Source of the DNA: Lingula anatina
Taxonomy: Eukaryota > Animalia > Brachiopoda
Assembly: GCA_051362555.1 (NCBI GenBank)
Contig: CM120644.1
Location: 504,954 to 568,953 of the forward strand
Length of the DNA: 64,000 nucleotides
Direction: 5' to 3'
Numbering within the stretch: the stretch's first letter is position 1; each line of letters begins with the position of its first letter. The position numbers and the translations under genes are program-made. This document shows, one piece after another, positions 1-12,121 of this stretch. The notes under the pieces are model-generated. The model was not told where the DNA came from. It saw only the letters and a list, made by a program, of their open reading frames with translations, and searched no databases.

Positions 1-294
1 ACAGTGGAGTTACCACGGAAGCCGCAGAAGCTTCGTTAGTAGGCTGTAGATCAAATGGAAACTTTCTATCTACTTGTAATGTTTACATCGACAATGACAA
101 TCGACATGAGTAATTTATCCCGCTCAACGCCAGTCCCCGAACATGGTCTTATCATCAATTTTGGAGTACTTGATGTACATGAGGCCTTGGATATTTTCCC
201 AATTGCATTTATATTAATGAAAACAACACCTTGATTTTGTCAAAAGTTTATTTATTTATTTATTTTTCTTTTAGAATCATCATGTAACAGTAAT

Positions 295-830
295 GCAAGG
301 CTGACACTTGCACGATTTTGGCCCCGATTTTGTCGTGGCAGGTCGTGCCATTTTGGGGCACGAAGTGGGAGGCTCCCGCACTGTTCCCTACTAGTTCATG
401 CTTAGTTCACGACGAGTTCACGACGAGCTCACGAATAGTTTACGAATGCATGTCCACATTGACACAAAGTGGCACGACAAGTTCACGCATAGTTTGCGCA
501 TAGTTTACGCACTTCCCGCATTGGCACGACGAGTTTGCGCAATTCGGACGGTGTCGTGCCGACTTGGGCACGCGATATACGTGAGCTGCTCGTGAATTAT
601 TCGGCAGTTCGTAACAGTCGTGGGTCGTGGCATGGCGCGCACTGCCACGCACTTGCACGCATCCTCTCGCATCGTCCCGACGAGATCACGACGAGTTCAC
701 GAACAGTCGCGAAATTTTGTCGTGACCAAAATTTTGAATTTCTTCACGCCAGTTCACGACTAGTTTGCGCACTGACACGACTCGAGTCTTGCCAATGCGT
801 GCCACAGAATCGTGCAAGTGTCAGCCTTGC
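295..830. mobile_element. Non-autonomous TIR element (MITE), possibly PIF/Harbinger-like
   Basis: Perfect 23-bp TIR gcaaggctgacacttgcacgatt (295-317) / aatcgtgcaagtgtcagccttgc (808-830), with TAA/TTA one base outside each end. The paralogous FucT 3' flanks (~23187-23205, ~27960-27980) read gtaacagttacatttcag without the insert. Confidence 0.85.
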
Positions 831-954
831 TTTACATTTCAGAAAACATTACATTAAATAGAAAGCTATTTTGAAAGTTTATTGAAACATCTAATGGTCA
901 AGTCGGGCATTAAATTCACACTTTCTGAAATACTGGCGTCGGGCGTGGGAACAG

Positions 955-1070
955 TGGCATATTCAACGTCGTCTTTATCTAGTTCTTTCAGTCTGTGTGC
1001 CAGCTCTTTGGGAGACTTAAAGTCGTGTGTGTCTATGTGCCAGGACGAAGGGATGCCAAGACGCGTGTAG
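955..1070 (-). pseudogene. Alpha-1,3-fucosyltransferase (GT10) remnant
   Basis: Encodes YTRLGIPSSWHIDTHDFKSPKELAHRLKELDKDDVEYA, identical to part of the copy at 28155-29357. It is joined directly to a 3' flank (~180-955) homologous to those of the 23391 and 28155 copies. Confidence 0.9.
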
Positions 1071-1308
1071 CTGTCCTTTAACGAGTGGCATTTTTTGCTC
1101 AAATCATGGAAGTTCATGGATATTTCCAGCCTCAAATAAAAATATAATAAAAATCGTCAAAACAGCACCGTCACGCGTCAAATTCTTCAACTTCCAACTT
1201 CCACGTGGAGCGTGAGTGAACGGCATCAGGAAGACCGATGTAAACGGAATGCAGGTACGCCCGGAATAGGAATGGTAGTCCTAATGGGACCTGTATTCCT
1301 GAAATATA

Positions 1309-2212
1309 TATTGAACAAAAATATAAACGCACGAAAGAATATGTTGATTTATTTTCATGTATGGAACTGGAGTATATGGCCAACATTAACAGTATATTTT
1401 CCTCAACAAATAGACATCACTTTGAGAGCATTACGGGAAGTTTAAATGCATAGTCCAAGAGTTAGGGCATCAACTACACCATGGGGGTCAACATCCTGAG
1501 TTCACATCAGACACTAATAACAAGGATGGCCACCATCAGCTTCGCACAGAGCAGTACACTGGCAGCGCATGGGCATCACCAAGTTGTCAATAGTGGCCTG
1601 AGGGATATATCCCATTACTTCTGGAGTGCTACTCGCTCTTGGCGAACATTCTCGGGAGCTGGAACATGATGATGAAAACGCTGATCCAGAACATCCCACA
1701 GGTGTTCAGCGGGCGACATATCGGGTGTGGTAACACATGGTTGGCGGATATGCGGGCGGTTCCTCATGCTATCAGTGACTCTGAAGCGTGTTCTCAGACG
1801 GCTGACAGTGGAATGATGCACATTCTGGCATGTTGCAACTTCTGTTACCAACAAGCCAGCATTGAGCAAGCCGATGGCATGCTCCCTCATGATTTCAGAC
1901 ATCTGTGGCATGTTGACAAGTGACAGAAATGCACATTTTGGTGTGCCCTTTTATTGCATAGACTGTAAGGAGTGTCTGTTTATTGGTCATGCAGATTGAC
2001 CTCCACTCGTTCATGCTCCATTAGTCTTATGGGTGGAAAAACTAAACCTTTAAGTATACTCACGGGAATCATCCAAGTGAAGCCAGACCACTATACTTGA
2101 TCAGTACAAATCCATCAATTCACAAATAAACCATCAACTTCGGCATATTTCATGATTATCCATTTTAACTGACCATTTTAGTTTCGTGCGTTTATATTTT
2201 TTTTGTTCAGTA
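1309..2212 (-). mobile_element. Internally deleted Tc1/mariner transposon
   Basis: TIRs t(t/c)gaacaaaaatataaacgcacgaaa (~1309-1336, ~2182-2212) in TA context. ORF 1615-1911 joins a Tc1 N-terminal HTH (REHAIGLLNAG...VHHSTVSRLRTRF) to the C-terminal PDMSPAEHLWDVLDQR motif (SPDLNPIE-type); the DD core is missing. Confidence 0.85.
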
Positions 2213-2584
2213 TATATGCATAGGACTACTATTTTCCCTGCAGACCTGCATTCCATTTACATCAGTCGGCGAAGTGAAGGTCCGCCCGATTTTTATATCC
2301 GACACATTATATTACATGTACTACTAGGTAAAAACCAGTGACATGAATAGTACGCTTTAATTGAAGGTGGATGTTTTTTTAAAAGTGCCGTCAACGGATC
2401 TAATTTGCAAATTTATGTCACAAATGAATGGATAGGGATACTAAAATAAAAATAAATGTATGAAAATTTCTCTTGCGTTATTCTTCATAATGATATTTTT
2501 TCATTCAGTCTGTCAATATCAAAATAATAAAAGGAAATACACACATTTTATTATTTATTATATGTGACTTTCATTTAATACTAA

Positions 2585-2752
2585 TAGGACTACCATTCCT
2601 TTTACACTGGTCTTGTTCACTGCCGAGTCCAGGTGTAACGTGACAGCGAGTCCCCCATAAGAGAGAGTCCCATTCATTTGTACAGGTGAGCCTCGCCCTA
2701 GATTTTGACCCACTTAGGTCAGACTAACCCTAACCATTATAACTATATGGAG
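2585..2752 (+). mobile_element. Interspersed repeat with ccctagattttgaccc / taaccctaacc motifs (Helentron/HINE-like)
   Basis: Related copies at ~4840-4990 (+), ~17040-17400 and 17845-17892 (-), ~27290-27480 (-). Family assignment is inference. Confidence 0.5.
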
Positions 2753-2762
2753 CTCGAGGGCG

Positions 2763-3381
2763 TGTAACTGCATGCCAATACAGTCATGGAAATGAAGAAA
2801 GCAGACTCTTCGACTGATGAATAAATGTCTTTATTGGTAAACCACCATGAAGACCGAAAGCACTGTGAAAGCTAAAAATGAAAATAAACATGATTTACTT
2901 AAAGGCCTTGTTAAATGAGACAGTTATTTTTTAAAATACTCACTCAAGGCAAAGTTTACTCTATTACAACTGAAATCTAATCTGACAATTCAGACAACCT
3001 TTAACAATAACAAACATAACTAGTAATTAACACGGAACTCACCGTTCACGCCCTAGACCTATTGTGAATCAAGCTAGCTATGTCTATTTTCCAAGTCACA
3101 GTGAAGACTGAGAAATCAGATTTGGACTTTAAACCCTTCCGAAAGCCTTTTGCCATGAACAATACAAAAAACGAAAAGGCAGCGGCTAAGGGAAGCCAGA
3201 GTGCGGACAGTCTCGCACCAAATAGTAAAGTGGGCAAAAACAACAAAATACGAACTTATTAAAGTAAATAATATTTTTAAATAAAAGACAAAAAAGTACC
3301 TTAATTTTAATCCTGTCCTTTTGTGATATTAATAGAGAGCTAACCATGCAGCAATTCCAAGTGGGCAAACGGGCACTTACA
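2763..3381. mobile_element. Solo LTR (619 bp)
   Basis: TGTAA...TTACA termini and 5-bp TSD gggcg (2758-2762, 3382-3386). Absent at the paralogous position (~27283-27295). Confidence 0.75.
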
Positions 3382-3419
3382 GGGCGGACTTTCTGTCACA
3401 AGGACCCTCAGTTTCATTA

Positions 3420-3570
3420 CGCCGGTTTTGATTGTCTCATTCGGACAGAATGGTTCTCGTTTACAGACGAAATGGTGAACATGACCGATTTGGTAGGTTA
3501 AGTGTTAAGGTTTGGGCGGGTACAAGTGGCACTTCCAAGGCAGAACTCATGATGATTGATGGAAATCTGA
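3420..3570 (+). mobile_element. Tc1 transposase catalytic-core fragment
   Basis: Translation SDRMVLVYRRNGE/HDRFGRLSVKVWAGTSG...LMMIDGNL resembles Tc1 DGRVRVWRRxGE...GGGSVMVWAGI...IDGNL. Inverted paralog at ~27113-27255. Confidence 0.65.
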
Positions 3571-3617
3571 AGAGTGGAGAAGGATGCCCCAGGTCCGCAT
3601 TCCAGGTGTGGTACATG

Positions 3618-3888
3618 CAGAGCCGGATCCAGAATTATTTGAAGGGGGGGGGGGGGATCCGCTGATGCGAAGCGGACTCCCCCCCCCCCTTTGGCGTGGG
3701 GTTTGGGGCTCGGTGTAGGGCCCCGAAATTTTTTGATATTTTATAGGGCGAACGGTGCCATTTTGTATGGTTTAGAAATATTACAGTCAAAATTCTAATT
3801 TCAAGAGGGGACCATTGGTGTGATTTTTTTCAGAAATCGAGGAGGGTGGTGTCAGGACCCCCCTGACACCCCCCTAAATCCGCCACTG
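3618..3888. mobile_element. hAT-like MITE (CAGxGxCGGAT termini)
   Basis: cagagccggat...atccgccactg termini with near-perfect 8-bp TSD ggtacat(g/a) at 3610-3617 and 3889-3896. Confidence 0.75.
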
Positions 3889-5052
3889 GGTACATATATT
3901 GTCCATGAGGAGGAAGGTACTAGTCTGTATTACAACCAGGGGAGGACACACATGTAACTGAACAATGTAATATTACTTCTATAACAATATTGTATAAGCA
4001 GTATATTTAAACCATAAATATTAAAAAAATTCTTAATTTTGCCAGTTTATATCGGGGCACAGGTTCGGTGTTGTAACTACATGTAGTACTATAATCAAGG
4101 TGAGTTGGGGACAGTGGAGTATTGTTTTAGGTAATCTGCCAAAGCATTAAACCTGTATTGACCTGTTATAATTGATAAGATAAAACCTAAATTCAAGATT
4201 AGTTGGAGAGGGAGGAGTATTATATCATGCAGTCTGGAAACCCAGATATCGATGCGGTCACAGCACGTGGGGCGGTGGGGCGATCATTCCTTGCTGTGAG
4301 CAGAGTATTGTAACCAGTGACACTGCGCTATCTGGGAACTTTTTACGACCATTGGCCATTATAATATATATATATATATATGGGCCATTCCGTGGTATTT
4401 TTTTTGCCCTTACGGAAGGACATTTGACACTTCAAAGGAAAATATTTTAAAAAGTAGAAAAGTTAAAAGGTCAATTTTTTGTATGTTTATTCCTCTATAA
4501 GTAAGTTATAATTAGGCAAAAAATTAGGCTTAAAAAATTATAGTTACGAAAAAATTATAATAAATAGTTAGCATCTCGGAAGGTTGTGAAATGCACATGG
4601 AATTTCAACAACAAAATTCTGCTCTGTCTGTGGAGATGATATTAAAGTCAAATCAAAATATGAATATTTGATTATTTCACTTTCTCAATATATAAAATCA
4701 GTTTTTGGAAAAAATAAATTCAAATATTTTGCATATAAAAAAATCAAGTAGAACGCTTCTCGGAAGGACATTTTGTCCACTGCTAAATAAAATGTAAAAC
4801 AAGGCTAATAATAATATTTTATGAATACATACCATCATACAGAGAGTCACCCATGATAGAGCGTCCGCTTCCCATTCATTTGTAAAGGTAAGCCTCGCCC
4901 TAGATTTTGACCCACTTAGATCAGGCTAACCATTATAGTTAAGTGGAGGGCGAACTCTATGTTACACGGACACTCAGTTTCGTTACACTGGCTTCTTACT
5001 TTGCTACAGCCCCATCCCGAAACCAGCCAAATTGAAATATCAGCTTTGACTG

Positions 5053-5254
5053 GGTTCCCATGCCTAGATCGATCCATCTGGATGGGTCTATCTCCCTGGG
5101 AAATCTCACTAAATTGTTATTAACTAACCGGCTTTAATGTCTCTCACGCCTACCGAATCAGCTAACAACTTTACTAAGCGTGACAGACATTTGATAGCAA
5201 TTTAGTGAGACTCCCCAGGGAGATAGATCGATCCAAATATCTGTGGAAATGGTC
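5053..5254. mobile_element. Fold-back MITE (tagatcgatc family)
   Basis: Internal inverted arms ctccctgggaaatctcactaaattg / caatttagtgagactccccagggag. Relatives at 16522, 17076, 38241, 40058 and 63426. Confidence 0.7.
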
Positions 5255-7639
5255 CCTTATACAGAATCCCCCTGCATTAACAAAAGTTTGTGCATGCACG
5301 TACCATACAAACTTTATCATATCTTAAAATAACAAATGCTGCGCTTGTGTCACATTTTGAAGGACAATCTCACTGCAGTGGATGTATAGACTCCTTGTTT
5401 ACTAAAACACTGCCCAGACGGCCATTTAGAGGTACTCTATACCGGGGATGTGAATAAAATAGGTTAAAAGTATATGGATGTATGGTTATATGTGTGAACT
5501 GTTAGCATGCTATATATATCATGTGATAACAAATATGTTAAAAATTCGATGTGGAATAAAAGTACTTTCACCATCGTGTGATTCAGTATTATGTGACAGT
5601 TAATGTGTTACCCCACCTTTATAATAACGATGTTGCTGGAGTCATAACAATAGAACTGTAACTTTTCATATATCTCGGATTTGACAGCCATAAATTTTTG
5701 TGCTCCATTACTACTCGTTTTTTTAAAGATAAGCTTATCTATCGGGGCCATTGAATAGGCAGTCAATCAATCAAGGTTTAATAGTTATAACTGATAAAGG
5801 CTGTACTAGAGGAGCCATATTGGCAAAGTGGGTTTACTTCACTCAGGGAGTTAAAGGTAAGGATCGAGCGCGTTTAAAACAAAAGATACCAGAATATGGC
5901 GTAATAGGAGTGCCGGGTAGGTAAGCGGTCGTACGGAAATCTACCGGTGCTTACCAACCCCGGATGACATTAACTGGGACTGGCAGTGACACAGCCAAGG
6001 ACCTGTATGTGTGTACATGATTTATATACCACAAATAACCGTAAAAATAAGAGGCCAAGTCGATGCAGGGACTGAACGGTAAACACGAAATGGGGGGGGG
6101 GGGGGGGGGTGTGGTGGACAGTGGGTGGCTGGAGGAAATTGAAGGTTCAAGACAACGATGCCAGTTACATGGTCGCGCAAAGGACGCAGAAAGGACGCCG
6201 TCCAGTGTAAAGGGGGCTTAAGCGAAACACAAGTGAAAATAATTGACGAAGTTGATGCAGGGACTCAGCGGTAGACACGGAATGGGGATGGAGGTGGGGG
6301 GTGGGGGTGGGAGGGTCAGTGAACATGTGGGGTGTACAACAGGTGGCTGGAGGAAATAAAGGCTCCAAGACAACAGGTGTATCAATTTTAAAACATAATG
6401 GCGGATTCAACCCCACCTTCGCCCAAAAAATCAATTTATGCAATCTAGGGTTTTCATTGCATTGAAACTACATGGTCATGTTACTCTCGGACATGAGCAT
6501 ACACTGAACAGGGCGGGTGCCATATCATCAAAACTACGATGAATGCAAAGATAACATAGAGGTCTACATAGGGGTAGCTCAGCTGATTGCACACCTCAGG
6601 TAGAGGTAACAATTAGGCAGACCAAACACATTAAAGGACATTCTAAAATTACTAACAGTGTAGTTCTCATCGACTAGGCTTATTACAGGCACAGTTATTC
6701 AGGCCATTGTTTTTTTAATATCGGAAATGACACATGCTGCCTGTACAATCATCATCTTCAGTTGTCTAGCTCACATATTTCACGAACTGTTACCTGTGGG
6801 ATATGTGAACAGGAAGTGGGGAGAGAGAGAAAAAACGCATGTTTAGTCACAACACGGGTCGATCATTGTTTGAACGTGTAGCCTCGATGGTTATTCTTTT
6901 ATGTCGCATACAATGCTTGTGAATGACTTCACCCGCAGCTGGGGTTTTAACAATAGGATATTATTGCGCCTGTGCACAAATGTATTTCTGTCGGAATGCG
7001 CTGAAGCTCGAAAGTGTAATATATGTAATTGTTGGAAGTGTCGCCGTGGTCTAGGTAGGTTTATGAGGGGTAGATACCCTTTCTTATCAGACACGTCTTT
7101 TGCAGACAGGTTAAGAGACGCATGCAGTGTTTATAGCATTCAATAAACCTCCTGGACCTTTAGGCCGACCAAGCTGTGCTAAGATTTCTGTCCGTCGATA
7201 ACTGAGCATGAAAATCCCCTCAGAGTTACTCCGAATACTGTCAGTTGCTGTGTTTGTCGCTATCATAGAGCGCAAATTAAATGTCTTACTCCCAAACAGG
7301 ACGTCAGGTACGCTATCCGCCATATTTTCTGGCTCCACGTGAAAGTCGGGGGCGTTCATTCCTCACCTAGCGACAGAATGGGCTAAAGAAAGAATGCGCT
7401 GAAGCATCAGGTAAATTCTTTTCACTCACAGCATGTAGATTTTGAGGGGACTTGAAGTGTGAATTCTTGTTATCTTTGGAATAATAGGTTGCAGTTTATG
7501 GTACCGGTAGACGCTTTTCGGCTTATTGTGATGTTATTTATAATTTGTCAACAGGAGATCAAGTGGTTTGACCTTTGCGGTAGACCTTAGGTTTTTTTTA
7601 TTACATGTAGCGTTAGATTTACATGTTTTAGTGCACGTG

Positions 7640-7664
7640 TCTGTGTGTGTGTGAGAGAGAGAGA

Positions 7665-7696
<32 letters not shown>
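7640..7696. repeat. (GT)n/(GA)n compound microsatellite
   Basis: Directly visible. Confidence 0.9.
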
Positions 7697-7994
7697 CTTT
7701 ATCATCAGTAGTAACCATATACATAGGCAGATACTAGTATAACACAATTTAAGATGGATTATTAATATTCATATGTGGAAGTTTAAAACATTTCTTTTGA
7801 ATATAGTAGAATGCACAAGGAACATTATATTTGTTCAAATTTAAAAATAAATTAGAAAATTAAAAATAAACAATTACCTGAATAACTGTTATAATAATAA
7901 AATATGAAGGTAACATGATTTTTTTTTGCTTTCAGATGAGTATACCCCGAACCTTTCCCAGACCTAATTCATACAGTGGGGTTTGTATAATGTA

Positions 7995-8255
7995 GTTGGA
8001 AATCTTCGTCAAGAAGGATTTATATAAAAGCCTGTCATCTTTTTTGATAGTTGGACATCTTTGTTAAAAAAGAAAAGACTGTCATCAATTTGGATAGTTG
8101 GACATCGTCGTCAAGAAAGAAAAGACTGTCACCAATTTGGATAGTTGGACATCTTCGTCAAGAAAGATTAATATAAAAGCCGGTCACATATTTCGATAGT
8201 TGGATATCGTCGTCTAGACGGATTTATGTAAAAGGCTGTCATCTGCTGGATAAAG
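7995..8255 (+). repeat. ~55-bp tandem repeat in FucT leader (~5 degenerate units)
   Basis: Repeated gatagttggacatc(t/g)tcgtcaagaa...aaaag(a/c)ctgtca; same unit as 29660-30598. Confidence 0.8.
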
Positions 8256-8449
8256 GACACTTCGGAAGATTATCAGTTCACTGTATAGTTTAAGTTTATC
8301 AAACGTGATGACTTTCATTTGTTAGTCATTGCAAATCATAGCACATCATGTCTATAAAAAGAATATCCCTTTACAAAGTCGAACAACAAACAACTGAGGC
8401 ATTTGCGGCATCCATCGTACTGGTACTTATGTAGATCTTCTGTCCAGCC

Positions 8450-9664
8450 ATGACAATTAATATGAAGATATTGTTACAAAACGGCTTGATTGCAATCATC
8501 GTATCCGCACTCCTCTTTGGGATGCTTCTTTTAACAGAAACCTATAAAACCGTAACTTTTTCAAAGTTTATTTTACCACAGCCAATCTACGGAAATCATG
8601 ACAAGAACGGATTTAAAAAAAGTCCAACGTTTTCAGGGAACAAAACAAAGATTTCAGAGGCACCAAAGGACGCTAAACTTATTTTATATTGGATTCCCAG
8701 TTCTTCTGGTTTTGACTACTTCGGGTTGAAAAGATATCACACCTCATTCGAAGGTTTGAAGTGTCCCGTGGGGAACTGCAAGGTGATGGAGGATATGAGT
8801 GCTGCCTACGAAGCCGATGCCATCATTTTCATGGGTAGAGCATTAGGTAAAAAACCAGAAAAACGGAACCCCAAAACGCGCTGGATATGGACCAATCACG
8901 AGAGTCCATGTCACACGTACTTATCCAATGATTGGACGTTTAACTGGACGATGACTTACAGGAAGGACAGTGACATCTACAGTCCATACGGATTTCCCCT
9001 CCTTGACGAAAACCACGATGAAGCAAAGAAAAGGGACTTTCTGTCAGTTGCCAGGAGCAAAACTAAATTAGCGGCCTGGGCAGTCAGCAATTGTAATGCT
9101 CCAAGTCAACGTATGGAATATGTGAAGGAATTACAGAAATATATGAGCGTGGACATTTATGGGAGTTGCGGGCCATTTAAATGTGGACGCGACAGGGAAG
9201 CTAAATGTGATGATATGTTTAACAAAACGTACAAATTTTATCTGTCTTTTGAAAATAGTTTTGCCACGGATTATATCACAGAAAAATTATATAAAATCCT
9301 CCCATTGGACGTTATCCCGGTCACACGTTCAGGTGCCAACTACACGCGTCTTGGCATCCCTCCGTCCTGGCACATAGACACACACGACTTTAAGTCTCCC
9401 AAAGAGCTGGCACACAGGCTGAAAGGACTAGATAAAGACGACGTTGAATATGCCAAGTTGTTGCAATTAAAGGCTGGTATCCAAGTCTCTTATTGGATTC
9501 GTGCTTATTGTAATATTTGTGCCAAGCTTCACTCTCAAACGGAACCAGTGAAATCCTACAGCGCCCAGGATATACGTAGTTGGTACGGCACATGCAAACC
9601 CCCTGATGATCTGCGGTTTATGACTCGAAGCAGGCGGAGTATAGAAGAAAATTTCATTATGTGA
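8450..9664 (+). CDS. Alpha-1,3-fucosyltransferase, GT10 family (copy 1)
   Basis: 404-aa intronless ORF with N-terminal type II TM anchor, ESP motif, FNWTMTYRKDSDI, AAWAVSNC and the alpha-1,3-FucT motif YKFYLSFENSFATDYITEK. Confidence 0.95.
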   Translation: MTINMKILLQNGLIAIIVSALLFGMLLLTETYKTVTFSKFILPQPIYGNHDKNGFKKSPTFSGNKTKISEAPKDAKLILYWIPSSSGFDYFGLKRYHTSFEGLKCPVGNCKVMEDMSAAYEADAIIFMGRALGKKPEKRNPKTRWIWTNHESPCHTYLSNDWTFNWTMTYRKDSDIYSPYGFPLLDENHDEAKKRDFLSVARSKTKLAAWAVSNCNAPSQRMEYVKELQKYMSVDIYGSCGPFKCGRDREAKCDDMFNKTYKFYLSFENSFATDYITEKLYKILPLDVIPVTRSGANYTRLGIPPSWHIDTHDFKSPKELAHRLKGLDKDDVEYAKLLQLKAGIQVSYWIRAYCNICAKLHSQTEPVKSYSAQDIRSWYGTCKPPDDLRFMTRSRRSIEENFIM

Positions 9665-9750
9665 GGAACGGACGTTTTATCGGCTAAAAGTATAGTACGT
9701 CTTGTCGTTATAAAACACACACATCAAGGCATGTTCAGAAAACAGCAAGT

Positions 9751-10900
9751 AGTTTGCTACAATGTAACCATTTTATGTGCGGTTTGTTACAAAGTAATCA
9801 TTTTAAGAAGAGTTTGTTACAAAGTTATCATTTTACGTGCGGTTTGTTACAAAGTAAACATTTAAAGAGCAGTTTGTTACAAAGTAATCATTTTAAGAGC
9901 AGTTTGTTACAAAATAATCAAATTACAAGCAGTTTCTTATAAAGTAATCATTTTACGTGCGGTTTGTTACAAAGTAATCATTTTAAGAGCAGTTTGTTAC
10001 AAAATAATCAAATAACGAGCGGTTTGTTACAAAGTAATTATTTTAAGAGCAGTTTCTTACAAAGTAATCATTTTACCTGCGGTTTGTTACAAAGTGATCA
10101 TTTTACCTGCAGTTTGTTACAAAGTAATCATTTTACGTGCAGTTTGTTACAAAGTAATCAAATTGCGAGCAGTTTGTTACAAAGTAATCATTTTAAGAGC
10201 AGTTTGTTACAAAATAATCAAATTACGAGCGGTTTGTTACAAAGTAATTATTTTAAGAGCAGTTTGTTACAAAGTATTCATTTTAAGAGCAGATTGTTAC
10301 AAAGTAATCATTTAACATGCAGTTTGTTACAAAGTAATCATTTTAAGAGCGGTTTGTTACAAAGGAATCATTTTAAGAAGAGTTTGTTGTAAAGTATTCA
10401 TTTTTCGTGCGGTTTGTTACAAAGTAATTATTTTAAGAGCAGTTTGTTACAAAGTAATTATTTTAAGAGCAGTCTGTTACAAAATAATTAAATTACGAGC
10501 AGTTTGTTACAAAGTGATCATTTTACCCGCGGTTTGTTACAAAGTAATCATTTTACGAGCAGTTTGTTACAAAGTAATCATTTTAAGAGCAGATTGTTAC
10601 AAAGTAATCATTTAACATGCAGTTTGTTACAAAGTAATCATTTTAAGAGCGGTTTGTTACAAAGGAATCATTTTAAGAAGAATTTGTTGCAAAGTATTCA
10701 TTTTTCGTGCAGTTTGTTACAAAGTAATTATTTTAAGAGCAGTTTGTTACAAAGTAATTATTTTAAGAGCAGTCTGTTACAAAATAATTAAATTACGAGC
10801 AGTTTGTTACAAAGTGATCATTTTACACGCGGTTTGTTACAAAGTAATCATTTTACGAGCAGTTTGTTATGAAATAACCATATTACGAGCGGTTTGTTAC
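9751..10900 (+). repeat. 30-bp minisatellite (~38 units) 3' of FucT copy 1
   Basis: Unit (a/g)gtttgttacaaagtaatcattttaagagc, in register across successive 60-nt lines. Confidence 0.97.
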
Positions 10901-11528
10901 ATACTAACTACATAACGTCAGTGTTGGAGGGACATGTGAGTGAAGAAGCAGTCGTTAGTTAGCGAACGGTCGTTAGCCTCTTCTTATAGTGAGGAATAAC
11001 CACAAAATTCTGGAGCTTTCGAACGTTTATCCACCGACTCCCGCTTCATACAACTTCACAAATATTTATACTCAATTTCTCCGTACTGATCACGCATTTA
11101 CTTGTTTTCTTTTCCATTGTCTTTGCGTGATTACGAAATATTTTCCATTCGCATGTTGCAAGTCACCACGCAACATTTCCTTATTAGGTAATCCCCAAGA
11201 GACTTGTTTTCAATTAAAGATAACTAAAATATTATTTGGATTACTCATACTTGGACCTTATCCAAAACTCAGTTATCATGTGATAAATAGATGATCAAAA
11301 ATAAAATATGTTATGAAATTAACCAATCACATTAACTGTTACTGACTTTGACCTTTTCCATCTTTTTCTGACACTAAAAACATGTTCTACACTTGTTGAC
11401 TCTTGGAGAAACTTAACTTACACTCAATAACTCTTTGTCCCTTTTACTCTTTTGATTCCGCTTTAATTGTTATCTGTAATTAGTGAAAGTGTAAGTAATT
11501 TGCTTTACAACACTCTCGCTAGTTATGA

Positions 11529-12060
11529 GTGCCGTTTCACGAAGCTATCGCTAGTTCTCTCGCTCGTTATTGTGTCGTTGTTACCATGGATATTTAACGA
11601 CTGGTCAGACCAGTCGCTAACTTCAGAGTTTCATCATACGCATGCGTAATAAATGAAACAGAAAGGTTGCTTAGTCACCGTTTTCTGTCGTTTGTATGCC
11701 ATGCAGCGTTTGCCTTTCTTGCCTTCGTGCTGGAAGACGGCAACGTAGACATCACGTTTTCTTCAGAGGCAAAATTTATTATAACATATGAACGATGATG
11801 CAATTTAAGAAAGGTCTTACTTGTCTGTTGTGATGGGAAAAACGGTGGAGAGGGCAGTGGAGATCCTTTACGACAACCTCAAACCAGACGTTCATTTGCT
11901 ATTTCAACCGCCAACCGTTACAGAGTTACAATATTTATGACATTTCTTACGAAAGAGTCCCACTTCAGGTAGACTGTTTACGGTGAGTAACGAGAAAACT
12001 AGGAACCGAACTTAACAACAGAACTTAGCGATGGGTTAACGAAAGCTTCGTGAAACACCA
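11529..12060. mobile_element. MITE with gtttcacgaagct termini
   Basis: gtgccgtttcacgaagct (11529-) inverted against agcttcgtgaaacaccac (~12044-12060). A related terminus agcttcatgaaacgggcccc lies at 16490-16509. Confidence 0.55.
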
Positions 12061-12121
12061 CACGAAAATCGCTAACTTTTCTCGTTAGCGAGATAGTTCT
12101 GTCGTTAGTTATTCTAACTAA

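Noticed and set aside
318-861. Overlapping short ORFs
   Set aside because: They lie in a CpG-rich MITE with internal cacga repeats; no recognisable protein.
6891-7359. Two minus-strand ORFs upstream of FucT copy 1
   Set aside because: No recognisable domain or supportable splice model; may be transposon-derived or promoter sequence.
9159-9593. Recurrent 72-aa alternative-frame and 67-aa antisense ORFs in every FucT copy
   Set aside because: Shadows of near-identical CDSs; their recurrence follows from the duplication.
9751-10900. CRISPR-like array, or repeat-protein ORFs (LLQSNHF...)
   Set aside because: Contiguous units with no unique spacers, no cas genes, eukaryotic context; the ORFs are by-products of a 30-bp unit and most lack ATG starts.
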